The notes beneath the pieces were generated by a model. It did not search any database, had not been told where the DNA came from, and saw nothing but the letters and a program-made list of their open reading frames with translations. A stretch of 64,000 nucleotides of DNA from Nitrososphaerota archaeon. Its GTDB lineage: Archaea; Thermoproteota; EX4484-205; JAAOZP01. Position numbers and translations under genes: made by a program. The DNA lies in NCBI GenBank assembly GCA_011605725.1, contig JAAOZP010000003.1, positions 9,032 to 73,031 on the forward strand, in the 5' to 3' direction. Positions 10,401 to 19,743 of this stretch are shown in pieces. Numbering within the stretch: the first letter of the stretch is position 1; the number at the start of each line of letters is the position of its first letter.

Positions 10401-11913
10401 AGCCAACTATGCAGGCTTGTTCCTGAGAGACATAGGTTACTCCTCGCTTAACTTCTGGTTTGTTGACAGAATCGTGTCCGAATTCGGGGCTAACGCTAAT
10501 ATCTGTGCCAGAGCCGTACTATACCCGCCGAGCAGCTACATAAAAGACGGGTTTAAACTGTTTAACTCAAGCATGCATGAAACACGTGTCCTGGCTGTTT
10601 ACGGTTTATCTTCAGAAGAAGGAGGAATAACCGGATGGGCTGAAAAACTAATAAACGGCTCATGGTTTCCCACAGGGTCTCTGCGTGTCGCAGTATTGCC
10701 AGACTCGTTGGCGAAAACGTTGCGAGTGAAAGTCGGGGACACGGTCTTCCTAGAAGGACTGCCTTTAAGGGTTGTAGGAATACTTAATTCCAGTGAAGCC
10801 AACCGGATTGTCGACCTGGATCAGAACCCGGCGACACCTAGGGATTTAAGAGTCATAACTGGAATAGGGTTCTTCTCCACCGGCGACCTGATTTTTGTAC
10901 CGTATCAACTAGCCATAGACCTCGGGGGTAGCCTATACTCCATCGTAATCGGCTTTAGAGAAAGCAGTCAAGTGGCTGATGCTGCAGAGCGGCTGGCAAA
11001 GGAGACGCGGCTCGCTATTTACGCTGCAGAAAAAACAGGTGCGGATGGAAATATTTACTACTGTTCAATCGCAAAGGGGATCCAGTCTTATGGTTACACT
11101 ATGCTTCTACTCCCGTTAATAATATCCGGACTAGTAATATTCAACATGATTTTACGTGTTGTTTTTGAAAGGACGAGGGAAATAGGAATACTCGGGGCTG
11201 TTGGCGCATCACCGCTGCAGATAGCTGGAATGTTTCTCGGAGAAATTGTTACATACGCTATAGTTAGCGTCATCATCGGCTATGTAACCGGTATTGTTCT
11301 GCTTCAGACTTTAACAAGCATGGGTCTTTTCATCTTTGAAGGGTTCTTCCCAAACTATTCCTCAATGTTTGCAGCATTCGTTATAAGCTTGATTCTGCTT
11401 TCAGTGTTAATTCCAAGCCTATACCCTCTTTACAAGGCTTCCAGAATAGTTACGCCCTCTCTGGAAAGGAAGTGGAAGCTGCCTACAAAACCTGTCGGCG
11501 ACAAATGGCTTATCCCGCTTCCCTTCGTATTCGTGAGCGAGAGTGAAGCCCACGGTATGCTAATGTTTCTGAAAGAGTATCTCAGTACGTTTACGTTGGA
11601 AGGCTTCGGCGCACCATTCGTCACTAAAAGCATAGCCTACAGGGAGGGGGAAAAGGAAAAAATCCTATCCGTCACAATGCATATCGCGCCTTTTCCAGCA
11701 GGCATTCATCAGAAAGTGGATGTCAATATAAGGTTTGACCCCAGCATTAAACGTTGGGCATCGAGTCTTCAAATCACAAGAATAGTGGGCGAGTTAAACA
11801 TGTGGCAGAAGTCAAACTACATCGTTATAGATGCTTTAAGGAAGCAATTCCTCCAGTGGCGTGGCTTGCCTGAATCCGTGAAAAACAAGTATAAGGTGAT
11901 GAAAAATGAGTAA
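7483..11913 (+). CDS. Giant surface/membrane protein. It has a signal anchor, an M28-like peptidase domain with a variant active site, a beta-sandwich, and a MacB-type periplasmic core domain with a C-terminal FtsX-family permease.
   Basis: M28-like block: SHFDS…PGASEAIGVAALLELAKFF…FIAFSGHGENLMGARAFM. This is an HxD-containing M28 pattern, but the GAxD position reads GASE and the EE pair reads GE. MacB_PCD-like block: …LAKTLRVKVGDTVFLEGLPLRVVGILN…. FtsX motif: FERTREIGILGAVGASPLQIAGMFLGE plus C-terminal TM helices. Confidence 0.6.
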   Translation: MVGLNKMRILLLTILLIVFSMMFPPGPLNPSGLGEEREDSSVMHTSLHSVMQKVDLNAVVNHVSYLSSLDSRVTGYPGYEKACEYVYSRFVEYGLSNVSYHFYNVAVPIDYETYVFLPSKGVKLKAYALWPNGIQASSINLTAPLVYCGDGEWRDFDGKKINGSIVLLEFNSRDNWLKASELGARAVIFIEPDDTSTSEAQLKKLNYVPLDFPRLYVNKTAAKIILDELKLEDSLTVQVFSNMKYENIRAKNVVGFINGVDPDPAIREQIVLIVSHFDSASVVPALSPGASEAIGVAALLELAKFFAENPAPRTLMFIAFSGHGENLMGARAFMGDIVWFEKNVSLASKFVSVLDIDITAETDSSGFMFSFIGNQESNNWYSAYYQSFIENVSQLWVDLYAKTYRIEGYPGMLPVMISPLSISSEGNIFGSCGIFSTIQITGHSWYRYRGTPIDTLDKYDFNNVRPQVQVFFLNAYLLANSLPKKPLQPFSISFARFPQGSTVVQGGGFGLLVGKVVEYDMAKGEYEPVPNSIVLIRSSTGSEFQVTFTNAEGVFIYPGARPLARQGYPYFVEAYTINSSTNSILYAPDYGRYVASYSNYIQVPMEGYLGTLEHPRPFVVFKAGSLVQYDVLATEQLLSTISFYSRELGITAGTISPTIYVNDIGTHAPPDHYSWIAESAVSIVFATSSKPIEVIIKVGSSPLGMLINATQEHPEGSGIRLRIGEQLKITHTPLKLANDLLLLNTARLSSANLKGLYTGAEDYHSQASASLENAKTALNRNEYSLFYAECIESWSLSKQVYQLVMDNINSSASTASFLFAFLIPFTLIFEGLFFSNVKASAKTRFLRIVVIFVSILMILVFFHPGFRIASSIYVSLLGLTILTFTLPVTIILILNAERFLREVRVKLIGEHYTRVGRTAAVSLSFNMGISQMRKRTLRTFLVLFSLIVITTSTVMFTSVYPLTIVGKYPKTGQANYAGLFLRDIGYSSLNFWFVDRIVSEFGANANICARAVLYPPSSYIKDGFKLFNSSMHETRVLAVYGLSSEEGGITGWAEKLINGSWFPTGSLRVAVLPDSLAKTLRVKVGDTVFLEGLPLRVVGILNSSEANRIVDLDQNPATPRDLRVITGIGFFSTGDLIFVPYQLAIDLGGSLYSIVIGFRESSQVADAAERLAKETRLAIYAAEKTGADGNIYYCSIAKGIQSYGYTMLLLPLIISGLVIFNMILRVVFERTREIGILGAVGASPLQIAGMFLGEIVTYAIVSVIIGYVTGIVLLQTLTSMGLFIFEGFFPNYSSMFAAFVISLILLSVLIPSLYPLYKASRIVTPSLERKWKLPTKPVGDKWLIPLPFVFVSESEAHGMLMFLKEYLSTFTLEGFGAPFVTKSIAYREGEKEKILSVTMHIAPFPAGIHQKVDVNIRFDPSIKRWASSLQITRIVGELNMWQKSNYIVIDALRKQFLQWRGLPESVKNKYKVMKNE

Positions 11914-13786
11914 TAAGAAAACCACGTATGGGAAAGGGTTAACATTAAGGGTGATGCTTGTAATCCTGTATTCCGGCGTATTCCTAATGCCGGCAGTCAT
12001 ATTTTCCACCCTCACGTCTGGAGTAAGTGTTGGAGGAAGTGTTAGCTTCGTAGTTGCTTTTCTCGCGATCGAGCTTGCAGCACTCATGGGCTCGTCTTTA
12101 AGCAAGCAGGAAGTATTCATACTGTGGAGCTGCAGCGGGGTTGCTGCAACCGACGTGATCTTTCTCTCCCTGCTGCAGAACCTGTATTTCAGATCAATCT
12201 CTTCAGTAACCTGGCAGTTTAAATCCCTCGATACTTCTTTACCACTGCCTTTAGCTATTCCAGACTGGTTTGCACCCCCTCCGAACTCCCCGGTGCTCCT
12301 GCTCAGGACTTTCCTTCATCAAGACTGGTTGTTGCCGATAGCCGTAACACTAACAGGATGGATACTCTCCGGGAAAGTTATAGACTTAGCACTTGGCTTC
12401 CTATTCTTCAAAATATATTCCGACGAGGAAAAACTTCCTTTTCCAATGCAGGAAGTGACTGCTCAAATGATTCTCACCCTTCCCGAGGAGAAATCGAGCA
12501 AGAAGAGCATGCTGACCATCACGGCTCTAATAGCGTTTGTTTACAATATCCTGCTTTACGCAATACCCTTCGTAACATCTTTTTCAATAGTTCCGATTCC
12601 TATCCCCTGGATGGATTTCAGTAATGCTTTTGAATCCTTCCTACCGGGTGCCACGTTCGGCATCGCAACAGATCTGCTCACGTTCGCCTCAGGCTTTATA
12701 AGCCCTTTGAACGTGGTTGTCTCCATGTTCATCGGATCATTCTCATTCTTCTTTATAGGTAATTACTTTGCCACCAGATTAGGTTTGTTCGCGTGGACTC
12801 CAGGCATGAATCTAAGCATGCTTTACCAGCGTTCAATTCTCTACGTTTGGGCATATCCGAATATTGGTCTAGCTATAGCTGCAGCTTTAATACCTATAAT
12901 AACTAGGCCGAAGTATCTAGTAGGCGCGTTTAAAAGCCTCTCAAGGTTTTCATCCTTATCTAGCGAGAAGGGAGAACTATCCCTGTTAACGGTTTTCCTT
13001 CTCTACCTCGGTTCCAGCATTATAATAATTTTAATCGTAATGATGCTAACAGGGTTCCCACTGTATATCGCCATACCTTTCATACTCGGATGGTCCTTCA
13101 TATCGTCAATGATTTCAACTAGATCGGTTGCAGTCTCCGGGTTTCAAGTCACAGTGCCGTATGTCCGCGAGGCTTTAATCTTAGCCAGCGGATATAATCA
13201 TGTCGACATCTGGTTCGCCCCCATGGGGAGCTCAGGGGGTGCAGCATGGTGGGCAAGCTGGTTTAAGCTGAGCGACCTGTTGGAAACAAACTACAAGGAT
13301 ATTATTAAAGGACAAATATTTGCTTCAATCGTCGCCATAGTGTTCTCCTTTATTTACGTATCCTTGTTCTGGAGCATTTCTCCAATACCGTCACCCCTAT
13401 ACCCTGCTGTCGACATATACTGGCCGGTTAACATTTTAATGTCAGGCCTATGGATAACAGGCGCGATAAGCACTGGGAATGCTGTTCAAACAATTATCGG
13501 CACCACACTCGTAGCCACAGCGGTTTCCTTACTCACAGAGTTTCTTAAAATACCGTTCTCACTGATAGGTTTTCTCATCGGTACTTCTTCACCTATTCCG
13601 ACAAGCGTTACAGCAATTCTTGGAGCAATCTTCGGCGTAGCGCTCAGAAGGTTTAAGGGGGAAAACTGGTATAGGGAGAATAAGTCTGTTATTGGAGCAG
13701 GGCTCTTCCTCGGGTCCAGCCTAGCCATAACCATTGGTGTTGCCTCAGCAATGATATTAAAAGGCGGATGGTCTCTTCCATATTGA
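11906..13786 (+). CDS. Polytopic integral membrane protein, third gene of the membrane operon.
   Basis: 626 aa with many TM helices. Its start overlaps the stop of the upstream 1476-aa gene by 8 nt, suggesting translational coupling. Its C-terminal pattern (RFKGENWY…VIGAGLFLG) loosely parallels the C-terminus of the 691-aa protein. Confidence 0.5.
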   Translation: MSNKKTTYGKGLTLRVMLVILYSGVFLMPAVIFSTLTSGVSVGGSVSFVVAFLAIELAALMGSSLSKQEVFILWSCSGVAATDVIFLSLLQNLYFRSISSVTWQFKSLDTSLPLPLAIPDWFAPPPNSPVLLLRTFLHQDWLLPIAVTLTGWILSGKVIDLALGFLFFKIYSDEEKLPFPMQEVTAQMILTLPEEKSSKKSMLTITALIAFVYNILLYAIPFVTSFSIVPIPIPWMDFSNAFESFLPGATFGIATDLLTFASGFISPLNVVVSMFIGSFSFFFIGNYFATRLGLFAWTPGMNLSMLYQRSILYVWAYPNIGLAIAAALIPIITRPKYLVGAFKSLSRFSSLSSEKGELSLLTVFLLYLGSSIIIILIVMMLTGFPLYIAIPFILGWSFISSMISTRSVAVSGFQVTVPYVREALILASGYNHVDIWFAPMGSSGGAAWWASWFKLSDLLETNYKDIIKGQIFASIVAIVFSFIYVSLFWSISPIPSPLYPAVDIYWPVNILMSGLWITGAISTGNAVQTIIGTTLVATAVSLLTEFLKIPFSLIGFLIGTSSPIPTSVTAILGAIFGVALRRFKGENWYRENKSVIGAGLFLGSSLAITIGVASAMILKGGWSLPY

Positions 13787-13901
13787 TTTTCAGCTTTTAC
13801 CGTAATTATTTTTCATCTTTTCAAGCTGAAATGAAAAAAAATGTATTCAGCTTCACAAAAAATAAAAACGGATTTCTGCGGAAACGGGAATCGTAAGGAT
13901 A

Positions 13902-14954
13902 ATGACTGTGGAAGAGAGGCTCCTTAGAAAAGCACTTGATCACCTTGAAAAACATAGAGGCATGAGGAGAAACGAGACTGATGATATTTTTGAAAGAAAA
14001 GCGCTAATTGTTTCGGAACAAGACATTTTAATGAGAAACTACCCAAGAAAGCACCCGAAGCTCGCATTCAATCCAGGCGCTCTCCTTCAAGGAGAAGTTC
14101 TGCATGTTTTCCCGCGGCTAATTTTCGACTATTACACTTACACGTCAAGCATAGGCAGGTTCTCCATAAATGTGGAAAGCTTGATTAACGGTGGCCTCAG
14201 CCTTCCTGTTGAAACGGACATCGTGATGTGGCCGAAGCTCCTCTGGGAATTCAGGGGCTGCGAAGACCCTCGTGTTTTTAAACAAGATGGAAAAATGCTT
14301 ATGCTGTACACCGGTTATGGTTATTTCTTAGAAAAGGATACGCTGAACACAAGCATCGTGCAGGCGTTTGCAGAGTTTGATAACGGTTTCTCAATAACAA
14401 GTAGAAAATACTTTAAAATAAAATCTATGAATGAGGACTATTTCATTCCGAAAAGCAACAAGGATTCCGCCTTCTTAAAAGTGAATAGTGAAGAAGCCGT
14501 TATTCTGACCCGCCCCCTGATAGGAAGCGTTGAAGTAGGCTGGAGGGCTGATGCGAATTTGAATGAAGCCGTAATGTATGAAAAAACAATGGAACCGTCT
14601 CTGCCTTTCGAGAATTGGGAGTTTAAAGTAGGCTGGTCGACAAACGCTATCCGGCTTTCCTCTAACGAGTTCTTGGTTGGTTGGCACGGCATTGTTAAAG
14701 AAGACTATTCATACAGGAATGGTTTAGCAATTCTCGACAACGATGGTCGATTACTAGCTGTAAGCAATTACCTGCTTGCCCCAAAGGGAGTGAGTGAGGA
14801 GTATGGTGATAGGCCTCACGTGATATTTGGCAACGGGCTGGTTTCCTACAAGGAGAGCCTTATCTGGGTTGGTGGTGTCAGCGATTATGCAATAGGATTC
14901 TTCGTCACGGAGCTTGAGAGAGCCTTGGGAAAATTGAAATGGGTTAGCGGATAG
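13902..14954 (+). CDS. GH130/DUF377-type beta-propeller glycosidase or phosphorylase-like protein.
   Basis: NPGALLQGEVLHVFPR… and GCEDPRVFKQDGKMLMLYTGY resemble GH130 (G-x-EDPR-i … y-x-x-Y-t-a). Confidence 0.5.
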   Translation: MTVEERLLRKALDHLEKHRGMRRNETDDIFERKALIVSEQDILMRNYPRKHPKLAFNPGALLQGEVLHVFPRLIFDYYTYTSSIGRFSINVESLINGGLSLPVETDIVMWPKLLWEFRGCEDPRVFKQDGKMLMLYTGYGYFLEKDTLNTSIVQAFAEFDNGFSITSRKYFKIKSMNEDYFIPKSNKDSAFLKVNSEEAVILTRPLIGSVEVGWRADANLNEAVMYEKTMEPSLPFENWEFKVGWSTNAIRLSSNEFLVGWHGIVKEDYSYRNGLAILDNDGRLLAVSNYLLAPKGVSEEYGDRPHVIFGNGLVSYKESLIWVGGVSDYAIGFFVTELERALGKLKWVSG

Positions 14955-14967
14955 TCTACAATACGCG

Positions 14968-17328
14968 TCAGTTCAGAACAATCATGTAATACGTATCTCC
15001 ATGACCCATAAATTCCTGGGTTTTTCCGTCGAATAGGCTTGTATGAACCTCTTTCACCACCTTGCCCTCCTCGTTTAATTGTAAAATTTTCAAAGGCTGT
15101 TTCCTCTCATCGAGATAAATAATTCTTGCTTTGAAGGGATAGTCCTTCGTCCCGGATACTTTGAAGACAACCTTTCCGTTTTCTTCAGAATGAAAAACGA
15201 GAGGATACTCCGTATAAAGTATAACTTTCCCATTGTTGAAAACATTGTACAGCCCGGTTGCAATCTCTATCGGATACCCTGCGCCATATATTTCTTGGCC
15301 TACTTGACCTGATTTCTTCCAACCGAACATGAGGTCTTCAAACGGAATATACCAGGATGGAACAAGCTCGCCGCAAGCCGTTTTTTCAGCAATCATTTCT
15401 CCCGGATATTCTGGAGGCATGGTGTATTGCGCTTTATATTTCAGAAGCTCGGCTACGAGTTTTTTAACATGCTTTGGAAGACTTTTTTCACCATTAGTGA
15501 GATATTCAAGCATATATCTAAAAACCTTTCCCTCTTCGCATGCAGCTACGTAGGATTCCGGCATAGCCATAGTTGAGAAAAATGTTCTAAAGTATTTCCC
15601 ATAACCATATTCACACTCGAAGAATACGCTGTGCCTAATTATGTTGGCTAAGGGTATGTAACTGATTTTCAAATATTTCTCATCGTTTGTCAATTGATAC
15701 AGCATTAAGGCGGCAACCGCACCCTCAGGCGTAGCAGTCATTTCATATGCATACTCGAAGCCTCTTTCCCCAATCCTCTCCACTGCTTTCTCAGCCTCCT
15801 CCAGGAACTTCCTATCGCCTGTTAACCTGTAGTACTGCAACATTAAGTATGCATAGACGCCTGTGACGTCGTATTCGTAAACAGGTTTTCCAGTACCCAT
15901 AATATCGTGATACTCACCGGTTAAAATATCTACAAACTGGGGAAACACGTAGGAAACTTTTCTCCCCAGCATTGTAACAATGTTTCTACTCTTAAGAACC
16001 ATTTCTCTAGCTACAGAGTTTTCCTCTGCCAAGTGACTGGTCCAGAGAATGGGGCAAACGAAATACCATGCGTCAATTACCAGCGGCCTCTTGTTTTCTC
16101 CTAATACTAAGCTTTCAAGTATACATCCCTCCCCGTTTCCATCTACGTTGGGTTTAAAAAAGTCTTGAAGACCTTTTTCAAGCCTCTCTATCAAATCGAG
16201 CCCTCTTCCGAACTTCTTATAGTATTTCTTAAGAGGAACAAGCACGTCTAACAGGGTTATTAGCTCTGCGTTTGATGACCTGGAATCCTTTACGTATGCC
16301 CTAAGATACTGCTTACCATTAATAGTCACCCAATTTTCAGGATGAAGAAGGTTTTCAATTTCTTTCGGAACTATTCCGGTTGCCCAGTCCACATATGTTG
16401 TTTCAGGCTTATCGATTTCATCGTATATTTCAGAGAACATCTCCAGGAAAAGCTCGCAGCATTCCACGTTATTCTCCGGTTCTACGGGAGCAAGATATAG
16501 AAAACTGTCCAGAATCGTTACTTCCACACCGGGAGGGATTTCTTCACTGATCGGAATTTTATATCCAAACTTTAAAATGCTGTTGAAACTTTTATGGTCA
16601 AAATCGATGCGGCGAGTAGGGTAATAACTTATCCACGGATAGGATAAGTCAACAGTGTATGCAGCATCGGTCTTCGTAAGCTCGTAATACTTGTTTAAAG
16701 AGGATAGGTTTTGAAAGTAGAGAATAGTGCTTTTAACAACTTCCTCCTCGTAAAGGAAGCAAAACTGGTTATACACGTTTCTCAATCCCCAGGCAGACCT
16801 GTGGTCAACAGTTCCCCTTAAATAGTCTACCCCGCGCCCAGGGATAAGCTTGCCGCTTGAAACATCGTAAAACTTAATCTCCTGGTCAGTGGTGAGTCCC
16901 CACCCTTCTGCAGAAACCTGAGGGAAAAAGCGGTAGTAAGGGACTTTCTGCACTTCCTCTCTCCCCTTCGTTGAAAGGTCGACTTTCCAATTTATTAACC
17001 CAGGCTTATTTTTGAAAAATCTAATTCTCACGGTGAAATCAGCCCATTCATGTCTACTTTCCAGTAGAACTATGATTTCTCTATCGTTTTCACTGACAGT
17101 TATTTCCCTTACGCGTGTAAGTATTTCTAAAGCCGCATTATCTAGCCCGAAGTTCGTAACAAGCACCTTATTCCCAGGGTTCTTCAGGCTGTAAATGAAT
17201 ATGAAGCCGTTTGTTTTTTCCTTATGATATCGAACCTCGTATTCGCCGCTTATAACGGTGAAATACTCTTTCCCCCAAGAGACAGTTGAAACCTCTTTAC
17301 CATCATCTTTTTTTTCTCTACATTGCAT
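14968..17328 (-). CDS. Large cytoplasmic hypothetical protein, possibly an (alpha/alpha)6-barrel glycoside hydrolase-like enzyme.
   Basis: 786-aa ORF. The central region (YAYLMLQYYRLTGDRKFLEEAEKAVERIGERGFEYAYE…) resembles six-hairpin glycosidase repeats. No exact family assigned. Confidence 0.4.
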   Translation of the reverse strand: MQCREKKDDGKEVSTVSWGKEYFTVISGEYEVRYHKEKTNGFIFIYSLKNPGNKVLVTNFGLDNAALEILTRVREITVSENDREIIVLLESRHEWADFTVRIRFFKNKPGLINWKVDLSTKGREEVQKVPYYRFFPQVSAEGWGLTTDQEIKFYDVSSGKLIPGRGVDYLRGTVDHRSAWGLRNVYNQFCFLYEEEVVKSTILYFQNLSSLNKYYELTKTDAAYTVDLSYPWISYYPTRRIDFDHKSFNSILKFGYKIPISEEIPPGVEVTILDSFLYLAPVEPENNVECCELFLEMFSEIYDEIDKPETTYVDWATGIVPKEIENLLHPENWVTINGKQYLRAYVKDSRSSNAELITLLDVLVPLKKYYKKFGRGLDLIERLEKGLQDFFKPNVDGNGEGCILESLVLGENKRPLVIDAWYFVCPILWTSHLAEENSVAREMVLKSRNIVTMLGRKVSYVFPQFVDILTGEYHDIMGTGKPVYEYDVTGVYAYLMLQYYRLTGDRKFLEEAEKAVERIGERGFEYAYEMTATPEGAVAALMLYQLTNDEKYLKISYIPLANIIRHSVFFECEYGYGKYFRTFFSTMAMPESYVAACEEGKVFRYMLEYLTNGEKSLPKHVKKLVAELLKYKAQYTMPPEYPGEMIAEKTACGELVPSWYIPFEDLMFGWKKSGQVGQEIYGAGYPIEIATGLYNVFNNGKVILYTEYPLVFHSEENGKVVFKVSGTKDYPFKARIIYLDERKQPLKILQLNEEGKVVKEVHTSLFDGKTQEFMGHGDTYYMIVLN

Positions 17329-17542
17329 AAAACTTCTTCTTTCCTTCTAGCTACTTAAGAGTTTACTTTCAGTGAAAAAAACTCTCCTTATTCACCTAGC
17401 GAGTGAAACATATTAACACTCTTCCTACTCTTCAGCTTTTAAAGCAGGCAGAACCAAGTTAGGTCTAGTCGACAATTTCTCCCTCGGCAAACAGGGTTTA
17501 CGCGATTTACTTGAATCCTGGAAAGAAAACGATCGAAACATT

Positions 17543-18781
17543 TTACTTGTCTTTCTCAGCTTGAAGAGTAGGGTTTACTTTCTCACGGAGTTTTCCTCTT
17601 GATCTGGCGGCGAGGAGGCTAGCTGAAATCGTCGCGATAATCCCAGTGAGCGCACTGTAAGTAAAGGCTTGAGTTCTACCAGCGTTGTCCCATATAAACC
17701 CTACTAGCGACATGCCTGCTAGATTTGCCAGGCCTACTGTGATGTAGAATACTCCATAGGCTGTTCCCCTAAGTTCTGGAGGAGCATACTTCGGGACTAA
17801 GGCTTTTGAAACCGTTTCGTATATTCCGAAATACAGGCCGTAAAAAACAATAAGCAGAACAGTTGCGGAAAGCCCGCTTAAGTAAGCAAAGAAAAGGGAG
17901 GTTGATGAGAAAAGTAGGAAGGACGTTGCAAGAAGAGGCTCCCTCCCGATTCTGTCGGAAAGAACTCCGGCAGGATAACCTACGAGGGTGTGAAACAGGT
18001 TAATCGCCATGTAGACTAGCGGCACAAGTTCAGGAGTGATTCCCAGCTCGGTTGAACGGACAAGTATGAATGAAAAATCGTAATACCCGGCTCCAAACAC
18101 GGCTAGTGCTGCTAAAAGAATGAGGAAATCTCCCTTCACGATTTGAGACGCTCCCTTAAGGAGTTGCGATTTCCTGGGAGGAGTCTCCACATCCACTACG
18201 AAAAGCCATAGAATGAGCAGAGCAATCACACCGGGTATGAATGAGACTATAAAGAGGAGTCTTGAACCAATTAAGGGTAAAAGAACTGCTGCAAGCAGGG
18301 GTCCGAGAATAGCACCAAGCTGGTCGAGCGTCCTATGGAGCCCAAAAGCCCTACCGGTTACTTTCTCATCTACAGATTGGCTGAGAAGAGCGTCACGCGG
18401 AGAAGTTCTTATCCCCTTGCCTGTTCTGTCCATAACTCTGACTGAAAAAGCCTCCGCTGGCGTTGTTGAAACCGCGAAAAGAGGTTTTGAAAGAGTTGAG
18501 AAAGCATAGCCCGTGAAAACTAAAGGCTTTCTTTTTCCAAGCCTGTCTGAAAGAAAACCGCTTACCATTCTGAAGAAATTGTTAGCAAGCTCTCCAGCAC
18601 CCTCAATAAGCCCGAGAATCATCCTCGTCCCGCCTAAATCCCTAACTATAAAGACAGGCAAGTAGCCCATGATCATTTCCGTCGAAACATCAGTAAAGAA
18701 GCTTACAAGCCCCATCGCGTAGACGTTTCTGAAACCAGGTTTCTCCGGGTCCCCGTGGAAACCTTGATTTGTTTTCTCCAC
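17543..18781 (-). CDS. Major facilitator superfamily (MFS) transporter.
   Basis: 12-TM topology. Motifs GFLSDRLGKRKPLV and LSDRIGREPLL (MFS motif A-like, G-x-LaD-r-x-G-r-[KR]). Confidence 0.7.
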   Translation of the reverse strand: MEKTNQGFHGDPEKPGFRNVYAMGLVSFFTDVSTEMIMGYLPVFIVRDLGGTRMILGLIEGAGELANNFFRMVSGFLSDRLGKRKPLVFTGYAFSTLSKPLFAVSTTPAEAFSVRVMDRTGKGIRTSPRDALLSQSVDEKVTGRAFGLHRTLDQLGAILGPLLAAVLLPLIGSRLLFIVSFIPGVIALLILWLFVVDVETPPRKSQLLKGASQIVKGDFLILLAALAVFGAGYYDFSFILVRSTELGITPELVPLVYMAINLFHTLVGYPAGVLSDRIGREPLLATSFLLFSSTSLFFAYLSGLSATVLLIVFYGLYFGIYETVSKALVPKYAPPELRGTAYGVFYITVGLANLAGMSLVGFIWDNAGRTQAFTYSALTGIIATISASLLAARSRGKLREKVNPTLQAEKDK

Positions 18782-19187
18782 GCGTATACTGCTGCTACTA
18801 ATAATATTAAACCTTTACTATGAAAGTATCTAATGCTCAGAGTATTTCTTAGCGCAGCGCGCACCATCATGCGTCAGACTGGATAGTCGATGGGAAGACT
18901 GGGCACGGGCTACATTAACTGTGCATGCTGATGTCAAATACCTGGAGGAGCCTTACAGGCCTAAGCCTGTTCGGGCTACTGACAATGGAAAACGGCTTAG
19001 TATAGTGGGTCCGCAGGCTGATAAAAGTTGGCCATACCCGTCCTGATTAGAACCGAAAACCTCTGTAACCATAAATAATCATAAAGTTGTTTAATATCAA
19101 GCTTAAAGTATTCAATATTTATAAAATAATGCTGATAGCGAATACAAAAAGCTATATAGGAAGCCTGCACAACTTAAAGCGATAGAG

Positions 19188-19586
19188 TTGGCGAAAAAAG
19201 AGGTTAAGATGATAACGGAGTCTGCGTTAAAGAGAGAGGTCGAGCGGCTGGAGAGGAGTCTGACACAGATATCGGGCTATCTTAAGGAGATCCGTAGCGA
19301 ACTCAAATCAACCACTAAGAACATGGGGCAGATGGTCGATGCGCAGAAGCAGATGATTGAGATACAGAAGCAGCTTATCGCGTCTATGAAAACTATGAAG
19401 GCGGCAGCGCCAGGACAAGCCAGGAAACCACGTAAACTAACTGAGATGAACATCTTCGTTAGAGACCAGATAAGGTCTGGGAAAAGCTTTGCAGAGGCAA
19501 TAAAGGCTTGGAAGGAGTATAAGGCATCGAAGGCTGCTCAGGAGAAGGCTGAAACCAAACCCGTAAGCGGGTCAGCAGAAACCTAG
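19188..19586 (+). CDS. Small coiled-coil hypothetical protein.
   Basis: 132 aa, K/E/Q-rich heptad-like sequence. A TATA-like element (TTTATAAAATAATG) lies ~60 bp upstream. Confidence 0.4.
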   Translation: MAKKEVKMITESALKREVERLERSLTQISGYLKEIRSELKSTTKNMGQMVDAQKQMIEIQKQLIASMKTMKAAAPGQARKPRKLTEMNIFVRDQIRSGKSFAEAIKAWKEYKASKAAQEKAETKPVSGSAET

Positions 19587-19743
19587 CCCCAGCCTAAGCT
19601 GAGACAAAACAGACCGGAACGGCGTAAACGGGAACCTGAAAAATATAGGATGAATCTTAGCGCGCGCTACCTCATTCCTTAGCTCGCTTTTTAAACGTCT
19701 AACAGGCTTAAGCGTCAACTGTGCCACGCTCTTTAAGAGTGAG

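Noticed and set aside
18782-19187. A possible ncRNA in the 405-bp spacer between the MFS gene and the coiled-coil gene.
   Set aside because: Only a short imperfect hairpin (gcctgttcgggc) was seen, with no conserved RNA-family signature. The spacer more likely holds divergent promoters.
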